Shown here: positions 38,201 to 47,267 of the stretch, piece by piece
Layout of the letters: each line of letters begins with the position of its first letter
How positions within the stretch are numbered: position 1 is the first letter of the stretch
Assembly (NCBI GenBank): GCA_965222075.1
Contig: OZ244937.1
Coordinates: forward strand, 3,936,001-4,000,000
DNA length: 64,000 nucleotides
Origin: Candidatus Latescibacterota bacterium
GTDB lineage: Bacteria > Latescibacterota > UBA2968 > GCA-2709665
Reading direction: 5' to 3'
Translations under genes and position numbers: made by a program
Notes under the pieces: generated by a model
Told to the model about the DNA's origin: nothing
Databases searched by the model: none
Seen by the model: the letters and a program-made list of their open reading frames with translations, nothing else

Positions 38201-38323
38201 GTTCTGGAACGGGAGGGAAAGCAGGTTGGTATTCTGGAAGTAGAAAGCGAAGACGGCTGGCTCCGTTTCCGTATCAACCCCCGCGTTCTGCGTTCAAAAG
38301 AGGCAATTCTAAAGCTTAAATAG
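35249..38323 (+). CDS. heparinase II/III-like protein (polysaccharide lyase fold) with zinc-ribbon insert
   Basis: DGSTAEGSGYY, GHDHPDALN, DLGY, TLKHNLVVVD, YRRS, YLVDGFRVKGG; CPVC...CFHC. Confidence 0.8.
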   Translation: MTGSKRTESQKVGRVAAPRWNSAGERECRERLEALKVKYYRSAKRVEHPCLSIQEENLDVARANIQKHDWARQHYEGMLALAGHYTDRSAAWSDTMVPDLTPLHVYGTFCPVCEADNTYRMKWDYRDPEKLVCFHCGAAMTDQRFVESGRLRLPRSGQVLPYYVRPGEVDDRRFSTGRNAFMWAGRKVHSSYQGAIRQNKAHHMTGVARTLAVVYRMTGEDRYARTAAAVLKRFAEVYPTYLFHDYWNTYMDCDPLYACELMARDENIGKYEVNACPDQDARSAMASGKLIQTFWGCGRLSSGGVQAEARHLVNLAEALDLIWDATDREGHLFLTEGERKTVVRNLIVEGLFAFTHWEGINNKVAGCRVGEVALGRFLGAPAYVHRGVEGFKPYVRGFFKFDGSTAEGSGYYAYGTSNVHDLPEVARGYSDPLSYRRKDRFDDLDLYDPDGPYRTVLRARAYMTLPDGRVPHTADAQEGGPGWPGPTWLHNIGLVRLGKEFAPFVRLDSGDDFALFNRPADLEPIDPPPVRDLFFPGWLLAIFNTGYEHMFQEDLAGTATFLMNFYEPEGHDHPDALNIAMFAEGVEVLSDLGYIGDHPLNASIKSTLKHNLVVVDEKEQLPRGRRPPGSVRLIAASPRVKFIEADCKAYDEADVYRRSCFMVHRGKGPAYLVDGFRVKGGRVHDYAIHGEGKITSRPVAANSRPISLKSRKGVIGRDIENLRAGAPRGPWSTAWTDEGMTMRVRFLSPTEEVILGDGPGQRDHAEIGLRKDYLFARNREQGSGNGFVTLIDHYRKTPDITGVRSILPPGGADGPTALQITRRGGTDIVLQTPDGSDLTAERFALTGRAAVYTQERGGRSALFLAEAARFASPDFSVVLKRPVIEGEIASYDSTGFQAAVAIPDGAALGSSFVEVEDPDQGCWTAYAVKSVRGRCIAVNYFPFNGGSRFRIPSVFWMEEDTKHCFRIRTTTSAEIKIRTSLKKAVLEREGKQVGILEVESEDGWLRFRINPRVLRSKEAILKLK

Positions 38324-38347
38324 GAAGGAGATTCACACTGGAGGTTC

Positions 38348-38833
38348 TTATGCTTTTCCCATATCCCGGTCAATCAAGAACAGCCCGTACGGGTCTTCTC
38401 CCACGAGTTTGAGCTTTTCCACAATCGCTCGAAGCCGTGCTTCTTCCTCCACCTGTTCGTTGACAAACCACTGCAGAAACACATTCGTGGCATGGGCGTG
38501 TTCCACCAGCGCCAGGTCAACCAGATCGTTGATCATCCCACTGGCGTCCTGTTCGTGCCGATACGCCTCTTCCGCCGCAGCCAGGGCGGAATCCCACTCA
38601 GCGGACGGTTGGGCGACGTCCTCTAACACCACGCAGCCGCCGCGCTCGGGAAGGAACTCATAGATCTTCATCGCGTGCATCATCTCGCGCTGTGACTGGG
38701 CCTTCATCCAGCGAGCAAAGCCGTTCAGGCTAAGCGCTCTGAAAAAGGAAGACATCGCCAGATAGTTGTACCACGAGAAGAACTCGTTGTTGAGCTGTTC
38801 GTTTAGGGCTTTCTCTATATTCCTGCTAAACAT
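38348..38833 (-). CDS. ftnA: non-heme ferritin
   Basis: ALNEQLNNE, EMMHAMK, HEQ, FLQWFVNEQVEEE ferroxidase residues. Confidence 0.92.
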   Translation of the reverse strand: MFSRNIEKALNEQLNNEFFSWYNYLAMSSFFRALSLNGFARWMKAQSQREMMHAMKIYEFLPERGGCVVLEDVAQPSAEWDSALAAAEEAYRHEQDASGMINDLVDLALVEHAHATNVFLQWFVNEQVEEEARLRAIVEKLKLVGEDPYGLFLIDRDMGKA

Positions 38834-38912
38834 AACCCTCTCCTCTCAACGTAGTCCCTGCCAATAACCTTCCGCCACCTCCTGAACCCCAACCTCACAG
38901 AAAACTTCCGAA

Positions 38913-38978
38913 GAAACCCACACTTTTAGCGGAAGTGGGTTAGGGACAAGCCCACGGATTTATCCCCGGGTGAATGAC
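38913..38978 (+). mobile_element. IS200/IS605-family end relic (subterminal hairpins, no transposase)
   Basis: ACCCAC..GTGGGT and AAGCCCACGGATTTATCCCCGGGTGAATGAC resemble IS200/IS605 right-end hairpins. Confidence 0.55.
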
Positions 38979-39234
38979 AAACTGAAAGATATTGAAATGA
39001 TCCAACTTACACAACCATTAAAACGGTGCGGCACGCTTCTGCGATCTGGGCCGCCACCGTCCAGGGCTTTTTCTGGACCGTGATTTTTTCTTAGGGTTCC
39101 ATCCCAAATACGTTGTATATTTCACCGATGCTCACCCGACTACAGAGAAGGCGATGTCACTTTCGCCGCCTTCAACCCTCAACACCGCCGCAGCACAACC
39201 GTCGAAGTCTAACACAAACATGGGGAACAGGTCC

Positions 39235-39693
39235 ATGAAACTGTCTAACGCTCTGGCTCCCGACCGGATCGAACTCAATCTGTCAAGCACAGTAAGGAAC
39301 CGGGTCATCAAAGAGATGATCGCCCTGATGAACCGGTCAATGACTCTCTCCGACCCCGACGCCCTCTTCCGGCGCATCCTCGACCAGGAAGCGATCAAGA
39401 CCAGCGGGGTGGACAGGGGGGTGGCCATTCCACACGCCCGATCGGACGACATCGACGGCGTGGTGGTTGCACTGGGCATTTCTCGTCCCGGCCTCGACTT
39501 CCAGAGCCTCGACGGACAGCCGGTGCATCTGATCTTTCTCATCCTCTCATCGGAAGCCGCCATGCCCGCCTATATGAGCGTGCTCAGCCGCACGGCGCGA
39601 ATCTTCCACAGAGCGGAGATGGCGCAAAAGGTCCTGGACGCCGCCTCCCCCGATGAAATCATCGCCCTCATCCGGGATCAGGAACCCATATAA
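39235..39693 (+). CDS. PTS EIIA-domain protein (Ntr/Fru type)
   Basis: TSGVDRGVAIPHAR with the phospho-His, DFQSLDGQPVHLIFLI. Confidence 0.88.
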   Translation: MKLSNALAPDRIELNLSSTVRNRVIKEMIALMNRSMTLSDPDALFRRILDQEAIKTSGVDRGVAIPHARSDDIDGVVVALGISRPGLDFQSLDGQPVHLIFLILSSEAAMPAYMSVLSRTARIFHRAEMAQKVLDAASPDEIIALIRDQEPI

Positions 39694-39695
39694 AC

Positions 39696-40037
39696 ATGCA
39701 CCTTCTTCTGATCGTCCTCTACCGCGCAGACCTCCTGGATGAGGTTCTCTCCGCCCTGGTGGAAATGGAAATCACCGGGGCGGCCGTGCTGGACGGAACG
39801 AGCATGGAGCGGGTGCTCTCGGAAGACGTGCCCATCTTCGCGGGGCTCTGGCAGACAACCGGCGGGGAGGGCCACACCAAAACGATTGTTGCGATCCTTC
39901 CGGACCGGGGTCTCCTCGACCCCCTGGTTTTGCACTTTAAAGAAATAGACATCGACTTTACCAAACCGGAAATCGGCAAACTCTTTCTCATACCGGTCGA
40001 TTTTTACCTGGGGTCGGACGCCGGGGAACGTCTATGA
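39696..40037 (+). CDS. PII-like (GlnB-fold) small protein
   Basis: 113 aa; LDEVLSAL..ITGAAVLD..M and C-terminal GKLFLIPV pattern. Confidence 0.6.
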   Translation: MHLLLIVLYRADLLDEVLSALVEMEITGAAVLDGTSMERVLSEDVPIFAGLWQTTGGEGHTKTIVAILPDRGLLDPLVLHFKEIDIDFTKPEIGKLFLIPVDFYLGSDAGERL

Positions 40038-41221
40038 AACTGGTTATCGTAGCCGTTCTGGTGACCGCCATCGCCTTTCTCGGATCCCGCCTCAGCTTCG
40101 TTCGCCTCCGGCTCCCGCTGGGGATCGAAAACCTCTTTCTCACCGGCACCGAATACGTCCTGGTCGGCCTTCTGCTCGGCAGCACCGCCCTGAACCTCCT
40201 CGACAGGCCCACCCTCCAGGGGCTCTATCCCTTTATGGGCCTGGGGCTTTCCTGGATCGGAATGCTCTTCGGAATCCAGTGGGAGTTCCGGCGGCTGACC
40301 CACATCCCGAAACAGGTCTTCGGAATTTCCCTCCTCCAGGCAATCGTCACAATGGCTGTCGTCGTCGTTCCCTTCTACCTCCTCTTCCAGAAACTCTTCG
40401 CCTACGAAACAGGAATTGTCCTCATCGGGGCCATCACCCTCGCCGCCGCGGCCTCGGACACCGCTCAGAGCGGCCTGGCCCTGGCCGCCCGGAACGCGCC
40501 TTCGGCCAGCCGTCCCCTCCTGCGGCTGCTCCAAAACGTCTCAAACCTCGACGGCTTAGTCGGCGTCATTACCTTCGGCGTCGTCTCCTGTGTGGCCGTC
40601 CAGAACGGCGAAACACCGGCCTACCTCCGGGTCGGCACATCCCTGGGGCTTGGCCTGACCGTCGGACTCCTCACCGTCGCGCTCACCGCCTACCGCTTAG
40701 AGGGTGAGGAGATGCTCCTGGTGGTCATCGGCGCCGTCGTCTTCGGGGGAGGCCTGGCGCTCTACCTGAACCTCTCGCCCCTGCTGGTCAACCTCATCGC
40801 CGGAATGGTCGTGGCCAACCTGGCAAGTGGCCGCGCCAAGGCAGGCGTCCGGAATGTCCTCCTGCGGGGAGAGCGGTCGATCTACATCCTCTTCCTCATC
40901 CTGGTGGGGGCTGGCTGGGAGGTCGGGTCAATCCGGATCGCGGCCCTCCTTCCCGCCTACCTCATCGCCCGTACCCTCGGCAAGACCCTGGGCGGCTACC
41001 TCTCGGCCCAACTCTTCCTGCCCCAACCCGGCCCCTTGAGGCAGATCGGACTGGGACTCCTCTCGCACGGGGGCATGGCCGTGGCCATCGTGGTCAACCT
41101 CCACCAGATCCACCGATCCGAACTCACCGATGCGGTCATCTCCATTGTGTTGCTTGGAATGCTGGTCAGCGAACTGATCAGCCCCACGCTAGTGAGGCGC
41201 CTCCTGGAGAAAACGCCGTGA
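40034..41221 (+). CDS. cation:proton antiporter family membrane protein
   Basis: very hydrophobic; YVLVGLLLG, LSPLLVNLIAGMVVAN, RTLGKTLG, GLGLLSHGGMA. Confidence 0.7.
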   Translation: MKLVIVAVLVTAIAFLGSRLSFVRLRLPLGIENLFLTGTEYVLVGLLLGSTALNLLDRPTLQGLYPFMGLGLSWIGMLFGIQWEFRRLTHIPKQVFGISLLQAIVTMAVVVVPFYLLFQKLFAYETGIVLIGAITLAAAASDTAQSGLALAARNAPSASRPLLRLLQNVSNLDGLVGVITFGVVSCVAVQNGETPAYLRVGTSLGLGLTVGLLTVALTAYRLEGEEMLLVVIGAVVFGGGLALYLNLSPLLVNLIAGMVVANLASGRAKAGVRNVLLRGERSIYILFLILVGAGWEVGSIRIAALLPAYLIARTLGKTLGGYLSAQLFLPQPGPLRQIGLGLLSHGGMAVAIVVNLHQIHRSELTDAVISIVLLGMLVSELISPTLVRRLLEKTP

Positions 41222-42534
41222 GGGAGATCGGTGTATTCCTGGTCCTGGTCCTGCTGATCGCGTGGGCCAGCGGCATCCCCCCGGGAGACGCACCCGGGGC
41301 GCACACCACCCTGGTGGTGGGCCTGCTCCTGCTCTCGGGCCACATCGCCGGCCACCTTCTCTCCTCCCTCAGCCTGCCCAGGATCACCGGCTACCTCTGC
41401 GTGGGCCTCCTGATGGGACCCTACCTCCTCGGCTTCCTCACGGTCGACACCGTCGAAAACCTCGGCTTCCTGAACGAACTGGCCGTCGCCTTCATCGCCC
41501 TGGCCGCAGGGGGAGAATTGAGAGTCGCCGAACTGCGGGACCGGATGCGGGTCATCCTCCTGGTGATCGCATCGCTCACGGTCGTCGTCTTCGCAATCGT
41601 CACCCTCTTCATAACGCTCAGCCGATCGCTGCTCCCGTTCACCGCCCCATTTTCCGGACTTCAGGTGCTCGCCTTAGGAATGCTCTTCGGCGTGCTCGCC
41701 GTGGCCCGGTCCCCCTCCAGCGCCATCGCCATCATCAGCGAAACCAGGGCGCACGGCCCCTTCACCGAGACCGCACTGGGGGTCACGGTGGCCATGGACG
41801 TGTTCGTCATCGTCCTCTTCGCCGCGGCGGTCTCCTTCTGTGAGGTCGTTATGTCGCCAGCAGCCTCCCTCGACCTCGCGTTTGTCGCAACCCTGGGAGC
41901 GGAGATCCTGGTGGGAATCGGCGTGGGACTGATCCTGGGCTGGGGACTCGCCTTCTACATTGACCGCGTCCGGGTCAACCTCCCCCTTCTCCTGCTGGGT
42001 ACCGCGCTGCTGGTCACCAGCATCTCCCCCGGGCTTGCAGAGTACATGAAGGCGGCCCACGACCTGAGCCTCCGGCTGGAACCGCTGCTGATCTGTGTAA
42101 CCGCAGGGTTCACCGTGCAGAACTACTCCCGCCAGGGCACACAGTTCATCGGCGCGGTCAACGCCGTCAGCCTGCCGGTCTACGTGCTCTTCTTCACCTT
42201 AGCCGGCGCCGGACTGAACCTGAACGCCCTGCAGCAGACCTGGACCGTCGCCCTCCTGCTGGCCGCCGTGAGGGCCGCCGCCGTCTTTTTGGGGGCCTAT
42301 ACCGGCGGGCGGCTCGGCGGCGACCCCCCGCGCCTCAACCGCATCGCGGGTATGGCCTACCTGACCCAGGCGGGCGTCAGCCTCGGCCTGGCCTTAGAGG
42401 TCGTCCGGCGCTTTCCCACCTGGGGGGATGCGTTTGTAACCGTGGTGGTGGCCGTCATCGCGATCAACCAGATGGTCGGCCCCATCGCCATGAAACGCGT
42501 CCTCATCCAGGCAGGTGAAGCCCACAAAACCTGA
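41218..42534 (+). CDS. cation:proton antiporter (CPA2/Kef-type) membrane protein
   Basis: LPRITGYLCVGLLMGP, ARSPSSAIAII, TVAMD, FFTLAGA, LTQAGVSLGLA. Confidence 0.82.
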   Translation: MREIGVFLVLVLLIAWASGIPPGDAPGAHTTLVVGLLLLSGHIAGHLLSSLSLPRITGYLCVGLLMGPYLLGFLTVDTVENLGFLNELAVAFIALAAGGELRVAELRDRMRVILLVIASLTVVVFAIVTLFITLSRSLLPFTAPFSGLQVLALGMLFGVLAVARSPSSAIAIISETRAHGPFTETALGVTVAMDVFVIVLFAAAVSFCEVVMSPAASLDLAFVATLGAEILVGIGVGLILGWGLAFYIDRVRVNLPLLLLGTALLVTSISPGLAEYMKAAHDLSLRLEPLLICVTAGFTVQNYSRQGTQFIGAVNAVSLPVYVLFFTLAGAGLNLNALQQTWTVALLLAAVRAAAVFLGAYTGGRLGGDPPRLNRIAGMAYLTQAGVSLGLALEVVRRFPTWGDAFVTVVVAVIAINQMVGPIAMKRVLIQAGEAHKT

Positions 42535-42559
42535 TGGCCGACTGCTGCGCGTCTAAAAC

Positions 42560-42599
42560 CAGAGCGCCGCCAAATCCCAACGCTGACGGCGCTCTGTTT
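42560..42599 (+). terminator. hairpin/terminator after the antiporter operon
   Basis: CAGAGCGCCG/CGGCGCTCTG stem followed by TTT. Confidence 0.5.
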
Positions 42600-42688
42600 A
42601 TATCCGGCGTCCAGCCCGACCTCACCCTTTTGAAGAAGGCCCCCTGGAGGTCGCCTTGGTGTACAGCCCTCCCTGGCTCCTGGGCAAT

Positions 42689-42874
42689 TCAAGCAGGCCG
42701 GACAGCGTGGGCCGACCGGTCCCGGCTAAGCGCTTCGACCCTTTCGCCAGATCTACGCTTTCAACCACAACTCGGTCCGAAAACCGGCTTTGGGGTCAAA
42801 GCGCCCCGAACAATCAGGTAGCCTGAAATGTCGAAACAGTAATTCTCCTCGTGGCTCATCGCCTCCCGGTCCAT
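42689..42874 (-). pseudogene. phytanoyl-CoA dioxygenase (PhyH) family relic
   Basis: AAGGAGG RBS then MDREAMSHEENYCFDISGYLIVRGALTP (PhyH-type N-terminus), stop after 37 codons. Confidence 0.55.
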
Positions 42875-42909
42875 CGCTGACCTCCTTATTATCGGTTATA
42901 TCCCTCACC

Positions 42910-42932
42910 GTAGGGGCGGGGTTTCCCCGCCC
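42910..42932 (+). repeat. GTAG-type REP
   Basis: GTAG followed by the GGGCGGGG-TTT-CCCCGCCC hairpin. Confidence 0.7.
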
Positions 42933-43289
42933 GTCTGTAATGTGGGTCGATCATGTGTAGATAAAGTAGTGTACAATAATGAACGCCTGTCAACAGAAAA
43001 CAGGACAGTACCCCCTCAAACATGCCCTTGACCTCAGATGAATTTTGGTGCATCATACCCCGCTGTCTCTTCCGGTAAAGCGAACAAAAAGATGATCCGG
43101 GAGATGCTGGAACAGGACGGCCACGAACAGGATCTAATCTTGAGGTCAGGTATGACACCCTGGCCCTCGCCAGATAGCAGGGTGCCTTCCGCACATTCAA
43201 AAAGCCGTAAAAGAGTTTCTGGAAGACGGCTCATAAAGAAAGCCGTCCACTTCCACCCAAACCGCGTCCCTTCAAAAAAAGGAGTCCCC

Positions 43290-44033
43290 ATGTCAGACGC
43301 ACGCGTGTTCATCGGCGACTTGACCCGCAAGGAATTCCGAGAACGCATGCAGGCCGGCGCCATCAAAGCCGCGGTCGTGCCGACTGGCGCCACGGAGCAG
43401 CACAACGAACACCTCGAAATGGTCCACGACACCCTGCACGTCACCCACATGGCCGAACAGGCCGCCAGACGTCTCCATCCCCAGGTCGTCGTGGCCACCC
43501 CCATCGGCATCGGCTACTCGGAACACTGGATGGAACACATTGGCACCCTCACCGTGCGCTCGGAAATCTTCTGTGAATACGTCTTTGACGTCTGCCACTC
43601 CCTCCAGCGGGCCGGCCTCGAAAACATCCTCATCCTCAACGGCCACGGCGGCAACGTCAGCCCCCTCATGCGCCGCATCGATGAGTACCGGGACAGGCTG
43701 GGCGTCAACCTGCGCTTCCAGTCCTACTGGGACGTCTACGATCCTGACCTGGTCGCAGCAGCCCTGGAAAACAAACGCCTGCCCGGCCACGCGGACGAGT
43801 ACGAAACCTCCACCATGCTCGTCCTCGCCCCCGAACGGGTGCACCAAATGGACATCGACAACCCCGCAGCCGCCCAGGGCACCCGGCAGAAGGGCGAAAA
43901 ACTCATCGAGCCCGCCATTGCCGGCGTGGCCGAAATCCTCCGCAAAATGATCGCCGGAGAAGAGGTGGATGCCCCCCCGGCCACCTTCCGGGAAGGCCGG
44001 CGCATCCACATGCTCACCGGCGAACCCCTGTAG
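43290..44033 (+). CDS. creatininase family protein
   Basis: PTGATEQHNEHL, NGHGGN, HADEYETS; ATG 43290 after AAGGAG. Confidence 0.88.
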   Translation: MSDARVFIGDLTRKEFRERMQAGAIKAAVVPTGATEQHNEHLEMVHDTLHVTHMAEQAARRLHPQVVVATPIGIGYSEHWMEHIGTLTVRSEIFCEYVFDVCHSLQRAGLENILILNGHGGNVSPLMRRIDEYRDRLGVNLRFQSYWDVYDPDLVAAALENKRLPGHADEYETSTMLVLAPERVHQMDIDNPAAAQGTRQKGEKLIEPAIAGVAEILRKMIAGEEVDAPPATFREGRRIHMLTGEPL

Positions 44034-44053
44034 CCCACAACAGGAGAAACCCG

Positions 44054-44890
44054 GTGCCATCCTCTGAAAATTGGACCCCGGCAGGACCGGACCTGAAAAC
44101 CGTCCTTGCCGCGTACAAGGACCCACTCCTTGCTCTCTCCGAGGCCCGCATCCCGGCCATCCTCCTGCGCCGGGTTTACCCCCCGACCCTCTGTGCCGGC
44201 CTCATCCGGAGGTTCATCCACCGGGGCTTCATGCACGATCCGGCAGACACCACCTCTGAAAATACCCGCACGCGCATCGACATCGGCACCAGTCTGGGCA
44301 ACCGGGGCAGCGACAAAGAGACCTTCCTGAAGCACGCCGAGGATACCCACGCCCTCTTTCGTCACCTCTTTGACGGGTTCGACAACCCGGTAGACACCAT
44401 TTACGACGCCCTCTCCGAACTCGCCGTCGGCAAAGCCGTCAAAATCGCCCGCGAGTCTGACGGCCGCCTCTACGGTCCCGCCATCTTCCGCATCCATTAC
44501 ACCAGCCACACCTACAGACCCCACATCGACCACGTCACCCTGCGCGAGAAGCGCTTCAACTACGCCGTCACCCGTTTCGAGCACCAGTTTGCCGGCGTTC
44601 TCTGCTTCCAGAACGCCTCCCACGAGGGCGAAAGCACCCAGGCCATCCTGCATCGGTGCCTCTGGACTCAGGACGTCCAGCCCCACATCGCCGAGGGCAC
44701 CTTCCACGACTACGCGGCCGAAAACAGGATCGCCCGCTGCCGCGTGGACCTGCAACCGGGCGACCTCTACTTCTTCAACACCCGCTGCATCCACGAGGTC
44801 CCACCCCTGCAGGGCCCCGACCCCAGGATCGTCCTGGCCGTATTCATCGGCTACTCCGCAGACGACGGTGAAATCTTCGTCTGGTCCTGA
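44054..44890 (+). CDS. 2OG-Fe(II) oxygenase-like protein
   Basis: HxD (PHIDH) and a distal His in QPGDLYFFNTRCIHEV, followed by R. Confidence 0.7.
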   Translation: MPSSENWTPAGPDLKTVLAAYKDPLLALSEARIPAILLRRVYPPTLCAGLIRRFIHRGFMHDPADTTSENTRTRIDIGTSLGNRGSDKETFLKHAEDTHALFRHLFDGFDNPVDTIYDALSELAVGKAVKIARESDGRLYGPAIFRIHYTSHTYRPHIDHVTLREKRFNYAVTRFEHQFAGVLCFQNASHEGESTQAILHRCLWTQDVQPHIAEGTFHDYAAENRIARCRVDLQPGDLYFFNTRCIHEVPPLQGPDPRIVLAVFIGYSADDGEIFVWS

Positions 44891-44909
44891 CATCTGAGTC
44901 GCGTGACCC

Positions 44910-46340
44910 ATGTTGGAAAGGAGGAAGCAACCTGTGGGCGATAGGTCCCAAATGCCACCGTATCGCGGTGCTCTGCTGCCCAAAGACCCCACCCTTGAAA
45001 CCCTTCGTGCCATCCTCCCCGACTACGAGGCCATGCTCATCTCCATCATGGCCGCCCTCGCAGACCGTTACGACCGCACCCCCGACTACCCCTTCATCGA
45101 CACCAAACTCGACCTCATCACCGGCAGTGACTTTCCCGCAGACGACCCCGTCCGGGGCCCCAACGCCATTTACGGCTGGATCCAGGGGCGCGGCCTCGAA
45201 GCCTTAGCCGGCCACTGCCGCTGGATGCGCCGTCGCCGGCTCGGCTTGGACCTCCTGCCCCGCCTGGAGCGGATGATGCGCGACATCCTCCCCAAACTCC
45301 GCGAGATACGGTCCCGCAACGCCGGCCACCTCTTCTTCTTCATGACCCCCAACGGCGATCCCTTCCTCTTAGACGCCAGTGGGAACCCGCGAAAAACAAC
45401 CCTCGCGGCCGATGCCTTCTACGGTTTTTCCGACATCTTTTCCGCAAAAGGGATGTACGCCGCAGCCCGCTACCTCGAGGATGACGAAGCCGCCGCCGAG
45501 GCCCTCGACTACATCCGGCAGGTGGACGACGCCATCTGGCAGGGCGCCTTTGTGAACGACCAGCAGACCCTCGATCCCAAAAATCCCGTGCAGGTCAAAC
45601 CGGGCTGCCACTTTCACGGCCCTTACATGATCCAGATCGGGACCGCCGCCCTCCTGGCCGGATACGAAAACCCCGACAGCGTCGAACTCGGCCTGCGCCT
45701 CATCCGTCACGAACTGGAACACCACGTCAACCTCAACGGACGAATCCTCGACTTGATGGAATACGACTTCTGGGAAGCCAACGACGACCGGGGCCTGCCA
45801 TACCGCGAGGACGGAAAGGTCATCTCCGATCCCGGCCACAGCCTCGAATGCGTCGGTCTGATTCTGAAATTCACCTCCATAGTAAAACAGCGCAACCTTG
45901 CCGACCACAAACAGCGGGGTGAAATCGCACGCGTCGAATCCCACATGCCCCGGCTCCTCGAACGCAACTTTGCCAACGGCTACCTTCCCGGCACCGGCGG
46001 CATCTGCAAGGCCTTCGACCTCCTCTCCCGAAAGCCGGTCAACGCCGACATGCCCTGGTGGAACCTCCCCGAAACCATGCGAACGGCCCTTTACTGCTGG
46101 CGCCTCGCGGAAAGCGACGAGGGCCGCCGGATGCCCCTCCACATCCTGCGCGACTGCCACAACGCCTTCATCGGTCACTTCGTCCGCCCCGACCTCCACC
46201 TGATGGCCTACCAGACCCGCTCCGCAAGCGGTGCCCCCATCCCCGTCATCCCCGCCACCGCAGACGCCGACCCCGGCTACCACACAGGCCTCAGCATCAT
46301 CGATGCGCTGGATGTTATCCAGGAGGCGGCATCCGGTTGA
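44910..46340 (+). CDS. N-acylglucosamine 2-epimerase (AGE) family protein
   Basis: WIQGRG, FHGPYMI, DPGHSLE, PWWNLPE, DPGYH. Confidence 0.78.
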   Translation: MLERRKQPVGDRSQMPPYRGALLPKDPTLETLRAILPDYEAMLISIMAALADRYDRTPDYPFIDTKLDLITGSDFPADDPVRGPNAIYGWIQGRGLEALAGHCRWMRRRRLGLDLLPRLERMMRDILPKLREIRSRNAGHLFFFMTPNGDPFLLDASGNPRKTTLAADAFYGFSDIFSAKGMYAAARYLEDDEAAAEALDYIRQVDDAIWQGAFVNDQQTLDPKNPVQVKPGCHFHGPYMIQIGTAALLAGYENPDSVELGLRLIRHELEHHVNLNGRILDLMEYDFWEANDDRGLPYREDGKVISDPGHSLECVGLILKFTSIVKQRNLADHKQRGEIARVESHMPRLLERNFANGYLPGTGGICKAFDLLSRKPVNADMPWWNLPETMRTALYCWRLAESDEGRRMPLHILRDCHNAFIGHFVRPDLHLMAYQTRSASGAPIPVIPATADADPGYHTGLSIIDALDVIQEAASG

Positions 46341-46601
46341 TCACGGAAGGACACGATAACTTTCCTGTTGACATCCGCCCCCACTTTTACGTCATTTCAG
46401 ATTTATGCGATGCCATATACCAAATCCTGTCGTTTCCACAGAGACGCCTCACCGAAACCGTATTCCGCGATCCTCTTTCTCCTCTGAGAACGCCTTCGGG
46501 AAGCGCAGGAACACAGGTTGCACTTCGAGCCAACTTCTGATACCCAGCCCCCAGACCACGGACCAAAGGACAGATAGACTAACTTTTGCACGTTAGGATC
46601 C

Positions 46602-47267
46602 ATGCAACTCCAGCTTAAAGACCTCTCTCTCCACTACAAAGACAAGTCCCCGCTGTTCCAGAACGTGAACCTCACCGTCAACAGCGGGGACTTTATTCTG
46701 ATTCAGGGTCCCTCCGGAAGCGGCAAGTCCAGCCTCCTCCGGCTCCTCAACCGCCTGCAGGACCCCACCTCCGGTGACATTCTCATCGGCGGCAGACCGG
46801 TGACCGGCTACGAGGTCACCCAACTCCGGCGAAAAATCGGCTACGTCCAACAGACCCCCATCGTGGTCGAAACCACCGTGCAGGACAACCTCGTCCTCCC
46901 CTTCCACTTCAAAGTCGCGGACGGACAGGCCCCCCCGTCCGGGAAAGACCTGCGAAAGCGGCTGGACGACTTTCTCCTCCAGGACGTGGACTTAGACGAT
47001 GAGGCGGAGACCCTCTCCGTCGGCCAGAAACAGCGCATTGCCCTCATTCGCACCCTCCTGGCCGACCCCGAAATCCTTCTCTGCGACGAACCCACCTCGG
47101 CCCTCGACGCCAGATCGAAGGAAATCGTGGAAGGCTGGCTGGAATGCCTCAACCTCGAAAGGGAAATCGCCGTCGTCCTGGTCTCCCACACCGACTTCGC
47201 GCCCACACGGGTGACCCCCAGGAGGTGTCTCTTCCAGGAGGGCAGGCTGAAAGAGGTACCGCTGTGA
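46602..47267 (+). CDS. fetA: ABC transporter ATP-binding protein (FetA/YbbL-like)
   Basis: GPSGSGKS, LSVGQKQR, LLCDEPTSALD; coupled to fetB. Confidence 0.8.
   Translation: MQLQLKDLSLHYKDKSPLFQNVNLTVNSGDFILIQGPSGSGKSSLLRLLNRLQDPTSGDILIGGRPVTGYEVTQLRRKIGYVQQTPIVVETTVQDNLVLPFHFKVADGQAPPSGKDLRKRLDDFLLQDVDLDDEAETLSVGQKQRIALIRTLLADPEILLCDEPTSALDARSKEIVEGWLECLNLEREIAVVLVSHTDFAPTRVTPRRCLFQEGRLKEVPL

Noticed and set aside
42725-42770. C-G-UGA followed by a hairpin in the PhyH relic (possible selenopeptide)
   Set aside because: The apical loop is only ~12 nt from the UGA and the ORF looks like a broken PhyH gene
43085-43135. KKMIREMLEQDGHE resembling a response-regulator receiver fragment
   Set aside because: Too short to support a call; the upstream extension of the creatininase ORF is probably not translated
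46380-46600. Possible riboswitch (CTGAGA) upstream of fetA
   Set aside because: The remaining TPP-riboswitch consensus elements are absent
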